Shown: positions 1 through 12,154, counted from the first letter of the stretch. The stretch: 64,000 bases of DNA from Octopus sinensis (GCF_006345805.1 NC_043004.1:30876001-30940000); one strand, 5' to 3'. Numbers and translations are program-made. The notes: generated by a model from the letters alone, not told the origin.

Positions 1-1167
1 ACCATTATCATCACCATCATCAAACATTATCATCATTATCACTGTCATCGTCGTCGTCATCATCATCATCATCAATTTAGCACCTAGTTTTCAATGCTTG
101 CATGGGTCAAAAGGAATTCGTTGAGGCCAGCAGATTTTCTCTGGCTGGAGATCCTTCCTGTTGTGAAACCTCACCTGTTTCCAAACAAGGTAATATTCCT
201 CATGACCAGACGTTTAAAACGAAGATTCCAAATGAAGGACACCACTGACATGATGGTGACAATTGCTTACAATTATCACATAATGTCACAGCACACATAC
301 ACACACTGCACACACACACACATACACACACACACACACACACTGCACACACACACATATATTGATTTCAAATTTTAGTACTAGGCCAGTAATTTTGATG
401 GAGGGGATAAGTCGATTATGTCAACCCCAGTGCTCAACTGGTATTTATTTTATCAACCCTGAAGGGATGAAAGGCAAAGTTGACCTCATTAGAATTCAAG
501 CTCAGAACATAACAATAGATGAAATACCACTAAGGATTTTGGCAGGCTTCCTAATGATTCTACCAGCTTGCCACCTACACACACACACACACACACGCAC
601 ACACACACACACTCACACACACACACTCACACACACACACTCACACATACTCACACACACACACACACACACATAGATATATAGACAGACAGACAGATAT
701 GCAATGGGCTTCTTTCAGCTCCTGTCTACCAACACTCACAAGTTTTGATCAGCTCAGGTCTATGGTAAAAGACTCTTGCCCCAGGGTGCCATGCAGAGGG
801 CCTGAACCTGAAAACATGTGGCTGGAAAACAACCTTCTTAACCACACAGCCATACCTACACCTGAACATAGCAGAATATCAGGTCCAGTTGGTGTTGTGA
901 TTTTTGTTGGGCCTTAAAAAGATTGTGGCACCCTTTTGCAGTTTCCAGATTTGGGAAATTTTATAGCATTGGTATAAGTCATAGATGTCAGTTAGTACGA
1001 TATGGTGGGGAGAAGGGAGGGATGTAACTCAAAGGTGTAGGGATGGGATGCAGGGTGGTGGAGAGGTGATGTAGGGAGGTGGTGAGGAGGTGGAAATGAA
1101 GCGTGAAACTAGAACAACTTCAATCGATTACCACTGCCTATAAATAAGAGTACGATGTCAAGTGACA

Positions 1168-1205
1168 CAAAATAACTACAGCAGAAGCAGCAGCAACAGC
1201 AACAG

Positions 1206-1237
<32 letters not shown>

Positions 1238-1400
1238 ATGACAGCAACAAGAGCAACAGCAACAACAGCAGCAACAGCAACAACAGCAGCAACAGCAACA
1301 ACAACAGCAGCAACAGCAGCAGTAACAACAACAACAACAGAAACAGCAGCAGCAGCAACAACAACATCAGCTGCAACAGCAGCAATGACAGCAACAAGAG

Positions 1401-1459
<59 letters not shown>

Positions 1460-1541
1460 GCAACAGCAGCAGCAGCAACAACAGCAGCAGCAGCAACAAC
1501 AGCAGCAGCAACAGCAACAACAACAGCAGCAGCAACAGCAA

Positions 1542-1573
<32 letters not shown>

Positions 1574-1610
1574 ACAACAGCAGCAGCAACAACAGCAGCA
1601 GCAACAGCAA

Positions 1611-1642
<32 letters not shown>

Positions 1643-1691
1643 ACAACAGCAGCAGCAACAGCAACAACAGCAGCAGCAGCAGCACTGACAG

Positions 1692-1723
<32 letters not shown>

Positions 1724-2023
1724 ACAGCAGCAGTAACAGCAACAACAGCAGCAGCAGCAGCAGCAGCACTGACAGCAACAACATCAGCAGCAACAGCAAC
1801 AACAACAGCAGCAGCAGCAACAGCACAACAGCAACAACAGCAGCAGCAGCAACAGCAACAACAGCAGCAACAGTAACAGCAGCAACAGCAGCACTGACAG
1901 CACAACAACAGCAACAGAAACAGCAGCAGCAGCAACAACAACATCAGCAGCAACAGCAACAACAGCAGCAGCAGCAGCAACAACAATAACATCAACAACT
2001 GTAACAACCAACAGCAACAGCAA
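1168..2023. repeat. Long imperfect (CAG/CAA/AAC)n trinucleotide array
   Basis: About 850 bp of agc/aac/cag triplets; explains the poly-Q/S/N/A/T/L ORFs on both strands. Confidence 0.97.
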
Positions 2024-2362
2024 GTGGAGGTGAAATAGCCCAGTGGTTAAGGCAGCGGACTCGCGTTCGGAGGATCGTGGTTTCGATTCCCAGACTGGGC
2101 ATTGTGCATGTTTATTGAGCGAGAACACCTAAAGCTCCATGAGGCTCCGGCAGGGAGGTGGGGGGTGGCGACCCCTGTTGTACTCTTTCACCCCAACTTT
2201 CTCTCACTCTTTTCTTCCTGTTTCTTGTCCCCGACTTCCTACGCAACCGCTGAGCCTGGATGCACATTCATCCATCCGTCGATGCTTTCGGTGTCGGGGG
2301 TCGACCTGCTTTCTCTTCTGCGGGTCTTACGAATAGCAAAGGACCACCGTTCGGACCGCTCG
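2024..2362 (+). mobile_element. tRNA-derived SINE (family D) with CAG/CAA tail
   Basis: A-box-like TAGCCCAGTGG and B-box-like GTTTCGATTCC head; homologous antisense copy at 28868-29181; followed by a (CAG/CAA)n tail to about 2450. Confidence 0.85.
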
Positions 2363-3399
2363 GCAGCAACAGCAGCAACAACAACAACAACTGTAGCAGC
2401 AGCAGAAGCAACAACAGCAACAACAACAATAACAACAACAACATCAACAAAAATGGATTAGTAGTGTGTTGACATCAAAAATAAAATTGCTTCAGTTCTT
2501 CCATATTTATATATTTGTTTATTTATTTCTTATCTTCCAAGGTATTTTAGAAACCAAATTAAAAAATTGTCTTTTGTTTGTCCAATTAAATTCTATAACA
2601 ATGGTGATTGTAATATTTAGCTGCTATTCACTAAGATTTCGATTCTTTCTGTTTCCACCCAAGAGACCGAAAAACTATATGCTATATTTGTAAAATAAAC
2701 TGGTAACTGTTAAGTCTAAATGAACTTAATTAGTGTGATTGGTGATACAACTGTGTGGTTGGTAACGCCAGTAAATTAACAGGAGAGGGAGTAGAACTAG
2801 AGGTGGGGTTATTATAGAGGCTATGGGAAAAAACGATGAGATTACAAACGTATCCAACCCATGCTTAGTACAGAGGTAAAAAAAAGAAGATGAAATTGTT
2901 GTTTTGTTGTTGATGATGATGGTGGTAATAATGATGACTGTGATGGTGATGATCACCATCTCAATAACAGCAGTGGCTGCATCATCATCATCGTCATCGT
3001 CATTTCATCAGTCCTCACTATTGTCATCATCATCATCATCTTAGTCATCATCATAAATATCATCATTTTGATCATCATTCGTCATCGTCGTCATTGTCAT
3101 CATCACCCTCATCATGATCATCACCACCATCACCACCACCACCAGCATTGTCATGATCATGATGATGATGATGATCATCATCATCATCATCCTCATCATC
3201 ACCACCATCTTCATCATCATCATCATTATCATCATCGCTGTATTTGCATTGCCACCACCACTGTCGCCGTCATCGCCATCATCGTCGTCGTCGTCATCGT
3301 CGTTGTCCTCCTCTTCCTCATCATCATCATCAGCTACACTAACGCTATCAAATTAGTATAGTATTCATTACCACAGTTAACCATTCCCTGTCAGATAAT

Positions 3400-3960
3400 A
3401 ACATCTCAATATAGAGTAAATGAAATAATAAACCATTGGAATCTTCAGATGTTCACCCACAACAGACAAGTCTATTCTGAGAACATAGAACTAAAGAGTC
3501 ATGGAACTGATGAATTCTTCGGGAGATATTTTGAGGTAGGTAGTTGTTGATATGCTTCATCACGTAGAGAGAGGTCTGGGGTGTATGGCAGGTGAGGTAG
3601 AGCTTGTTGCCCAAGTTGTTTGATATCTGCAGATTTGTCTGAGAGAGATATGGAGTTAAGTTTTGTAAAAAAAGAAGAGTTGGTCTTTTTTCACTGACCA
3701 AAGCTAGAGGTAAATATTGTAGTTCTTGATGCGTTCTGATTCCTGGCAATGCCTCTTTGCATTGATGGTCTTATCAACATTCAAGAAATAATATTAGATA
3801 ATTCTATTTGTTGATCACTGTATAGAGACCATAAACTTTGATGTAGCATCAGTTTGGAAAAGTGTTTTGGTGTTCCACATTGGTTCAACCATTATACAGC
3901 ATGTCATCAGTTGTGGTATAGAATCCATCTTTCATCTCATATTACAATGGAAGCAAAAAA
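3400..3960 (-). mobile_element. Decayed mariner transposase 3' remnant
   Basis: Minus-strand frames give ...ALVSEKRPTLLFLQ... and IKQLGQQALPHLPYTPDLS, resembling the mariner LPHPPYSPDLAP motif; many stops and frameshifts. Confidence 0.55.
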
Positions 3961-4785
3961 TCAATTTTTGCTGCATTAATGAAGCAAAAGAAGATATTTT
4001 AAAAGTTTTTTTTTTCTTTCTGTGAAGTATGGTTGGAGGAGCAGGCATGTCTGTGTAGTTTAAGAAGTATTCTGCTGAAACACATGATTCTAGTTTCAGT
4101 CCCATTGCTTGAGAAGAAGGACAATTCTCTTCTACTATAGCCTTGGGCCAATCAAATCCTTGTGAATGGATTTAATAGACAGAAACTGGAACATTGACAA
4201 AAGCATAACAGTCACAATTGAGACCCATGAAAGAAATTTGGGTAATCTAAGAATTAAAGAAGTTATCCTCAAAGACAGACTGGTGCCCCAAATTAACAAC
4301 AGGCTGGAGGTTGGCAACCAATATATTATTTAGCTACATCTGGATGCATGTAGGTTCATTTCTGATAACATGCTCACGTATTATAAAAAAAAAAGAAACT
4401 GCACGTATAATACGTAACTTAGAAACAGTGCTGTGGATGTGCCAACACACACGAGCTTGAGTTATGGCCGCCCTCACACACTTCCAATGAGGAATTCTGG
4501 AAGGAGCTTCGTAAGACCACTGCAGAGACGCTTCCAGAAAAAAAATTCAGTAATCGTTGGAAAACTGATTATAGCAGTGATTCGATCAATTCCTAACAAT
4601 ATCTGAAGAAGGAATTTTTGTATTCCAAAATATTATTATTATATCAGACTATGGATAATTAAATTATAACAGTTATTATAGTCAACTCTGCATTGTTATG
4701 CCATTCAAGACACGTTATAACGTTATATTTTACAAACAATACACAATGTTTTAAGTAAACTACAATACTCTCCTATATGTTTGCA

Positions 4786-4816
<31 letters not shown>

Positions 4817-4911
4817 TAGTGCTTCCTTACATTGACATTGCATCCTACTATAGAATTCACTAAGAAATTCTCTTCTACAAGCTTTGGCTTCTGCAGAGAC
4901 AATGCTTTGTA

Positions 4912-5458
4912 TACAGCATTATTCAAAAAGAATAAACTGGATTTCATTACTCAATATTTTAATAAAGAAAAGAAATAGGAAACTCCAGCTAATGTCACAA
5001 GTATTTACTCACAATCAACTTTTATTTCCTGTCTTACAAGTGTTCAATGTGGCCACCATCTGCAGCAGGGGCAACATCATTGTGATAAGAGTATTCCTCC
5101 CAAACAAGTATCAGCATATCACGATCCACTGAGTTGATCGCTGTTGTTATTAGATGTTTAAGATCATCAAGACGAGTGGGTAGTGGTGGAACATAAATGC
5201 AATCATTTACATAACCAATCAAGAAAAAAGTCACACAACAGTGGAGCGTAATATACTGATACATGTCTGGAAGGAATTCTCTAATCGCATTGATGTTATA
5301 CATGCAGCAGGTGGTGGCAACACTGAACATTGTAAGACAGGAAATAAAAGTTGATTGTGAGTAAATACTTGTGACATTAGCTGGAGTTTTCTATTACTTT
5401 TCCTTATTAAAATATTGCATAATGAAATCAGCTCATTCTTTTTGAATAACGCTATGTA
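4912..5458. mobile_element. Palindromic Tc1/mariner-superfamily derivative (MITE-like) with about 220-bp inverted arms
   Basis: Arms 4912-5131 and about 5240-5458 are reverse complements with TA at both ends; minus strand encodes FFLIGYVNDCIYVPPLPTRLDDLKH...VWEEYSYHNDVAPAADGGHIEHL, a transposase C-terminus. Confidence 0.85.
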
Positions 5459-5469
5459 TATATATATAT

Positions 5470-5660
5470 ATATAATGGTAAAAATGGTAAGATAACAAAA
5501 GAAAGAAAGAGACCTCAATATTATGTAAATAGAGGAAATTTATCTGTAAAATAATATGTGACAATTATTCAGTAGCCAAGATAAAACTCTGAGTTTCAGA
5601 TGCCGAGGTGGAAATCCACAACACCATCTCTTCGGTTATCTGGCCATCTGAAAAACGCTA
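5470..5660 (-). mobile_element. TA-embedded non-autonomous element with hammerhead-like motif (Penelope-like pLTR relic)
   Basis: Starts in (TA)n; its left 60 bp recur at 24798-24859; type I hammerhead topology at 5580-5640. Confidence 0.55.
5580..5640 (-). ncRNA. Candidate minimal type I hammerhead ribozyme (U4C, degenerate)
   Basis: Minus strand: GATAA-CCGAAGA-GATG..CATC-T-GAAA-CTCAGAG-T-T-TTATC. Confidence 0.55.
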
Positions 5661-5934
5661 TGAAAAAAGACTGTTATACAAAGGGAAATTACTGTGTTAT
5701 AGTCAGCTACTTATACAAAAGTACTAATTCGAATGACTGCTAATTAAGATAAGGTTAAAAGTTCATAGCAAACATGTAAGCATGCTTGTATACGTACGCA
5801 CGTGGGTGCGCGAGCACACATGTGTACGTATGAACAGCCTCCTGGCTTCCCAGACACCGGTCGAACAATCCAACCCATGCTAGCATGGAAAACGGATGTT
5901 AAACGATGATGATGATGATGATGATCTTATCTAC

Positions 5935-6035
5935 ACATCCCACTGATGCAATGCTGAGATAAGTCACTGAAGCTGTCTGTATACAAGAAGGCAAACCCAC
6001 TCTCAGCCGTAAATCCAAATGAGGTAACACCCAGA
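5935..6035 (+). mobile_element. Possible Penelope-like ORF C-terminal remnant
   Basis: Translates as HPTDAMLR*VTEAVCIQEGKPTLSRKSK*GN, resembling the ..RQITEA..I...P.LN...EW end of GIY-YIG PLE ORFs; short. Confidence 0.3.
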
Positions 6036-6722
6036 TTCCACTTGGGAGTACCCCTCTATAGCCAGTTCTTTTTCTCATTTACATGTGGAAATCCATACAT
6101 ACATGTTGAAATGCATGATACTAAAGTGCATATATGTAGTTATATATATCGGTATGAGCATACATAGTTTGATACGTATGTACATATGTGTAGATGTATG
6201 TGTGTGTACATGTGTGTGTTGTGTGAGTATGTTAGTGTATGAGTACATACATGCATGTATGAGTATGTGTGTAGATATATGTATGTATTGTATATGTGTG
6301 TAAAAAAAAGATAAAAAAATAATAATAAAAGAAGCAAATTTGAATTTTAACCGTTATCCTTGAAAATAGTGTCATATATATATATGTGTAGATGAATAAG
6401 TGTACATGTGTGTATACTTTAAGATTATATGTATATTTGTGAGTGTGTGTAAGTGTCTATATGATTGTGTGTACTTGTATATATGTATAAGTAAGATTAT
6501 ATGTGCATATATGTATCTAAGACATATCCATTCACCGTTAGACTGTGATGAGAGAGACAAACACACATACACGTACATATATATGTGTGTGTGTGTGTGT
6601 CTATGTATATGCATATGTATGTATATGTGTGTGTGTGTGTATACAACCTTCAACAAAGTAACAGTCATGTATACAACTTCAACAGACACATATCAGTACA
6701 TAAACATATGTTCACATGTACA

Positions 6723-7147
6723 TACCTAGGCTGCGTTCCCCCAACAGGTGCTCCAAAGACCTAGGCTGCGTTCCCCCAACAGGTGCTCTCCACCTTGGAC
6801 GACCTGGCCCAAAACCCAGGCTCATCAAGCTGTCTTTTCCAGACCACGCTGAGGCAACTGCATACCATCTGGCCTCAGTTAAAGCTGGGCGCAAAAATCG
6901 GACGACCCTCCGAACACGCCCAGGCTTACCATCCGATGTACGTCCGAAGCTACGTGTAGCGGCTTCCCTGAACCGGAACTCAGCTCTACATGAAAGCTTC
7001 AGTCTTCGTGAAGATGGACAAATCTGGAGATTTGTTAAGACGGGTGAAACGTGGAAGAGAGATAACAGCTGGTTTGAGTGCTCTCTACCCACAATGACTG
7101 ACACTGAAAACAAAACTAAAAAAACTACAGCAACTCAGGGAAACTAA
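6723..7147 (+). pseudogene. LINE ORF1 C-terminal part
   Basis: HLGRPGPKPRLIKLSF resembles the RLG..PRPI.V.F motif of CR1/L2-type ORF1; ends just before ORF2. Confidence 0.6.
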
Positions 7148-7203
7148 ACCTGAACAACCTGCCATCCTCTACACACCATCATAAACTGCAAGCAGGGTAC
7201 AAA

Positions 7204-9966
7204 TTGTTGTCCTTAAATGCTCGCAGTTTGTGCAACAAAATTCATTTGTTCAACGCCTACGTCAGAAGTATTGACCCTGACTTCATCACTGTCACGGAAA
7301 CATGGGCGCATTCCTTACTCTGTGATGGGGTTTTCAGCATTACGGGGTACAACCTCTTCCGTAAGGACCGCATTAACCGCCATGGTGGTGGTGTGATGGT
7401 CTACGTTCGTTCAAATTTTTTGGTAATTCCTTGTGCCGATTTGAACGAATCACAAGAAGTTTTTTTCTGTGACGTACGTATGACCATGTCAACACTCCTG
7501 CTTGGCATTGTTTATCATCCCCCAAATTACCATCAGGACACACAGCTTTGCAATATCCTCCGAGCTGCTGCCAGGAAAACAGCCACTTATGTTTTTGTTG
7601 CAGGTGATTTCAATTATCCTGAGATCAATTGGGAAACCTTCCATTGGCCACAGAGTGCAAACGATTTTGTTGAGCTTGTGCTGGACTCAAACTGGTCACA
7701 AGTAGTCACCTCTCCAACAAGAGGCGACAACACCTTGGACCTGCTCTTCACCACAACTCCTGAAGTGGTTATCAATTGCACTACGGAGGAACCTCTAGGT
7801 GACTCTGACCATGCTATGATCATCGCCAATCTGGCTCTTGCGGGCAACAAAAACCTGAACCATCTCCAATCTGCTTCCTTCGATTGGAAGAGAGCAGATT
7901 GGAACCTGTACCACACTGAACTACAGCACCCAAACTGGCGTGAATTCTACAACTCTGGAGATGTGAATACTATACTCCAGAGTATCCTGGACTCAATATG
8001 GGCAGCATGTGCAGCATCAGTGCCACGTAAACAGAAAAAGAAGAACCGCCCCAAAAGGGCAATTTGGGAAACTTCAGCGGTCCGACTTGCCAGGAAGGAA
8101 CGTCGGACTGCTGAACGGGAATACAAGTTGCATAAATCAGACACCAACAGGAAGAAGCGGAATAAATCTTCCAACCATCTCAAGCAAGTGACAAAAAAAG
8201 CAGTGCTTGAATTTGAACAATGCATAGCAGCCAATCCTGACAGCAAGGTTTTCTGGAAATATGTGCATTCAAAGCAGTGACCTCACTCTCCAGTGGGCCC
8301 TCTTCGCAACCCTCACACAAACCAGATCACTGACGACCCCAAGGAATGCGCAGAACTCATTGCCAAGTGCTATGCAAACATATTCACTGTTGAAAATCAA
8401 AATGTACCATCTTCACCATCTCTAACAGCAAATTCCATAACAACTATGGAATTTACACCTGCAATGCTGCAACGTCACCTTCAAAATAAGCACAACTATG
8501 CCTCCCCTGGTCTTGATGGAGTTACATACCTGCTTCTCAAACGTGGCAGGTACTTCCTTTTACACCAGCTCTCTATTTTCTTCCAGTACTGTCTCAACAA
8601 TGGTGCTACTCCGGAACAGTGGAAAACTGCCAGTGTCATTCCTCTGTTCAAAAAGGGCGACCGCACATCACCTGTCAACTATCGCCCAGTCAGTCTCACT
8701 AGCTGTATTGCAAAACTGATGGAATCGTGTGTCAGAGAAACACTTTGGAACTTCTGAAGCTCACACAGTCTCATCCGACCCTCACAATATGGATTTGTCC
8801 CTAACTCCAGCTGCAGTGATCAGCTTGTCAAGTTCCTTGAGGACATTACTCAGATCACTGACAGTGGCTCATGGGTGGATGTTGTCTACTTTGACTTTGC
8901 TAAGGCTTTCAACTCTGTGCCACACAAAAGGCTTATGGTGAAACTCTCTGCAATGGGTGTGAGGGATGACCTTTTTAACTGGTTGAAATCCTTCATTCTC
9001 AACCGAAAGGAGGTAGTCACAGTTCTAGGACAGCATTCTACACCATATGAGATGTCATCGGGTGTACCACAGGGATCTGTCCTTGGTCCCCTCTTGTTTG
9101 TGGCATACATTAATGACATAGATGCAAATTTAAAGAATGCCACAGTATTAAAATATGCAGACGACATCAAGCTGTACCTTGAAATCAAGAGGACAGATCC
9201 TGTTGTCTACAGCTCTTTCCTGCAATCAGACCTGGACACAATGCAGCAATGGATCACAGACTGGCAACTGAAACTGGCTGTGGACAAGTGTACCACCATG
9301 CATTTTGGGTGAAAAAACCCTGCATCCACATACTCCCTCCACAACACTGATATCAAGAAATCCTTATGCAAGCGTGACCTAGGCATCACTGTCAGCAGTG
9401 ATTTGCATTGGACAAAGCATATCTCTAAAATTGTCAAGAAGGCCGAGGGTGTCTTGGCATCACTCAGCAAGACTTTTGTTAGCCGCTCTCCAGCCATCTA
9501 TTAAAAACTGTATACAGCTATGGTACGACCACACTTGGAATTCGCATCATCAGTTTGGAACCCTTATCTTGCTCAGAACATTGACCTCCTGGAATCTGTT
9601 CAGAGACGTGCAACCAAACGCATACCCTCCATCAGACACCTACCATATTCTGAGCACCTTGTTTCCCTGGGCATGGATTCACTGAAGCTCCAGCGTCTGG
9701 CAACAGACTTGGTAAACGCCCACAAAGTTGTCAACCACCTCACCAATAACAACACTGAACACCATTTTGATCTCCATGTGTCTAACACATGTGGACATGC
9801 CTACAAAGTCAGAAAACAACACAGCTCCCATGACTTTCGGAAACATTTCTTCACGCTCAGAGTTGCTGAAGCATGGAATAAACTGCCTGCGTCAGTTGTT
9901 GACTGCCATGACACTGCATCCTTTAAGGCCCTCATGCTTTCCGAAATCCGTCGAAACTACACCTGA
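7204..9966 (+). pseudogene. LINE ORF2 (APE endonuclease + reverse transcriptase), four in-frame stops
   Basis: SLNARSL, ITVTETW, AGDFNYP, TLDLLF, GDSDH (APE); YRPVSLTS, YFDFAKAF, GVPQGSVLGPLLF, KYADDIK (RT); VRPHLEFASSVWNP (C-terminal). Track ORFs 7204, 8293, 8875 and 9520 share one frame; stops end at 8280, 8757, 9312 and about 9504. Confidence 0.95.
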
Positions 9967-10235
9967 TTATTTATGCACTTTAGATGAGTTGTAGTGCACC
10001 TGAGCACTGTACACAATGTTTATTATTATTATTATTATACACATGTACACACACATACACATCTACACACTTACCTAAATACTCACGTACATACATACAT
10101 ACATACATATGTACATACATACATGCATACATACGTACATACATACATGCGTATAGGCATGCACACATGCATACACATGTACACATATGCATACACACAT
10201 GCATATACAGACACACACATACATACAAACATACA

Positions 10236-10267
<32 letters not shown>

Positions 10268-10292
10268 CACATACATACGTACATATATATAA

Positions 10293-10522
10293 GGCGGTGA
10301 GCTGGCAGAAACGTTAGCGTGCCGGGCGACCTGCGTAGCCGTATTTCGTCTGTCGTTACGTTCCGAGTTCAAATTCCGCCGAGGTCGACTTTGCCTTTCA
10401 TCCTTTCGGGGTCGATAAATTAAGTACCAGTTACGCACTGGGGTCGATGTAATCGACTTAATCCCTTTGTCTGTCCTTGTTTGTCCCCTCTGTGTTTAGC
10501 CCCTTGTGGGTAGTAAAGAAAT
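10293..10522 (+). mobile_element. tRNA-derived SINE (family A), best-preserved copy
   Basis: GGCGGTGAGCTGGCAGAA...GAGTTCAAATTCC head plus conserved GGTCGACTTTGCCTTTCATCC body; more than 15 decayed copies in the window (about 380, 28240, 38900, 39900, 40660, 41500, 41700, 48330, 51090, 51690, 53170, 55790, 56170, 62010). Confidence 0.88.
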
Positions 10523-10531
10523 ATATATATA

Positions 10532-10759
10532 TCGAGAACTGTTACTTTCTCAAATGCAGCATGGAATTTTGTTAGTGAACAGGTCGCGGTCTCAAAGCGA
10601 TGAAAATATTTTGGTAAATTAAATTTAAATATTGAAGTGAATCTAACAGCTTTTGTGTGTTTCTTAAATGGCTTATAAACACCTTCTATGCTGCAATTGC
10701 TTCCATTCCAGCACACTATCTCAGATCAGGTCACATGCTATGCATGTACATCTCCGTAA
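10532..10759 (+). mobile_element. TA-embedded non-autonomous element (family X) carrying a G3-C8 hammerhead-like motif
   Basis: About 230 bp between (TA)n tracts; homologous to both arms of the 24337-24594 palindrome and to 24725-24770. Confidence 0.7.
10568..10618 (+). ncRNA. Candidate type I hammerhead ribozyme with swapped G3-C8 core pair
   Basis: TTTGTTA-GTGAACA-G-GTCGC-GGTCTCAAA-GCGAT-GAAA-ATAT-T-T-TGGTAAA; helices I, II and a palindromic helix III are present. Confidence 0.6.
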
Positions 10760-11204
10760 TATATATATATATATATTAAGGACATTACTATATATAAACG
10801 CCTCATGCTTGGAGGGACTCTTAAAGTCAAAACTACCATAATAAATAAACACATTGTACCGAACGTGAGGGAAGGCAACTCTTGAAGCGAGCATCTTAAA
10901 ACCAGATTCAGCTGCATATCATATGATTTCATAATTAGTGCACAAAATGTACTTTTTAATCATCAGTGCAAGCATAATCAAGACACATAAAAAGGAACAA
11001 AAGATCAACATACCAGACGAATACCAAATGTATCCAGCATAGTACATAGAATTGTTCATACTTATACATTTATGTATAGTAATGCTCTTAATATAAATAA
11101 ATATATTTAAGAGAAATAATTGATGGATTTTTCCCTTATGAGGTTTTACATGCTAACTACTTGATAAATTCTTATAAAGATTTTATCCAATTTTTAACTT
11201 ATAT

Positions 11205-11763
11205 ATATATATGAGCAAAACGACCACCCCCCCACTGTCCAATGGACGGTGCTGAATCATATCTATTGAATAAAAAGCAATCAGTGTTTTCTTTTCATTA
11301 AAAAATAATTAAGCATGCCTTTATTTCAATAAAATTTTTGGTTTTGTTAAACAAAGTTAAGGCAAAAAAAAACTTCTTGAGAAACCAAATAGTCTTTCCT
11401 TCCTTCATGCCAAGTTTGAAGAAAATATCTCTTTTGCATCTTACTTTTTTGGTCTCTTAAATATACTGCATTTTGTGGCATTATTTCAAGCCAGCCGGCT
11501 TTTTTGCACAAACTGCACATGCATTTTTCTCGCGTATGCGTAGTATTGATTGCAACAGCTGATGTACTTGCACGTACAAATGCACATTCCCACGGCCTTA
11601 TCGATCGCATTTTCACCTGGAATCGATTTTTGTAATTTTTTCAAGACTTTTACATGCCCTGATACTGTCGGTATCTACATATCAAATTTGAGCGCAATCG
11701 GATGGAGGATGCCCGAGATCCTAGAAGACACACACACAGACAGAATGGATTTTATATAATAGA
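11205..11763 (-). mobile_element. Helitron-like non-autonomous element (5' terminus clear, 3' end unclear)
   Basis: Minus strand begins A|TCTATTATATAAAATCC followed by a (GT)n/GTCT tract; no clear CTRR end. Confidence 0.4.
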
Positions 11764-12154
11764 TATACCAAGATTCAGTCATTTGTGCTGCTTTTGTTAA
11801 ATAATAGATAGAACAGACTATTCAAACCTCTTACCCATGACTATTGTCTGGAGTTGCTCTACCTGATTCACACAAAGGTGATTGATTATACTATTTAAAT
11901 AATTAATATCAATGCTACCCATATAACATTCCATATTGTTAATCATTAGACTTCTCCCTGCTGCTGGCTTTCTTTGATATCCAATCTGGTATTTCCTCTA
12001 ACTCTGTAACTCTGTACCAAGTGTAGAGTGAGCCTGGTGCAGCCTCCTAGCTTGCCAGTCTTCAGTTAAACCATCCAACCCATGCCAGCATGGAAAGCGG
12101 CAGTGGCTTACTTGGGTGGTAGACTTGATAGCATTCAGATTTCTCTGTCAAATC

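Larger units (their letters stand above)
6723..10039 (+). mobile_element. CR1/L2-group LINE, 5'-truncated in ORF1, with complete ORF2 region and (TAT)n tail
   Basis: ORF1 tail, APE-RT ORF2, short 3'UTR with GTGC-ACCTGA-GCAC hairpin, (TAT)n tail; candidate TSD CACATGTACA at 6713-6722 and 10040-10049. Confidence 0.93.

Noticed and set aside
2030-2100. SINE heads as tRNA genes (also at 10293, 47366, 51037, 53557)
   Set aside because: A/B-box-like motifs are present, but there is no complete cloverleaf, and each continues into a repeated SINE body.
1138-2128. Long overlapping ORFs (212-289 aa) as a polyQ/polyS gene
   Set aside because: Open frames on both strands are an automatic result of the CAG/CAA repeat; there is no non-repetitive domain or splice context.
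9984-10438. His/Thr/Tyr/Ile- or Val/Cys/Met-rich ORFs here and throughout the window
   Set aside because: These are translations of (CA)n, (TA)n, (TACA)n, (CAT)n and (AAT)n microsatellites.
10805-10839. ATG-CTTGGAG-GGAC-TCTTAAA-GTC-AAAA-CTAC-CAT as a hammerhead relic
   Set aside because: Too many core mismatches to distinguish from chance.
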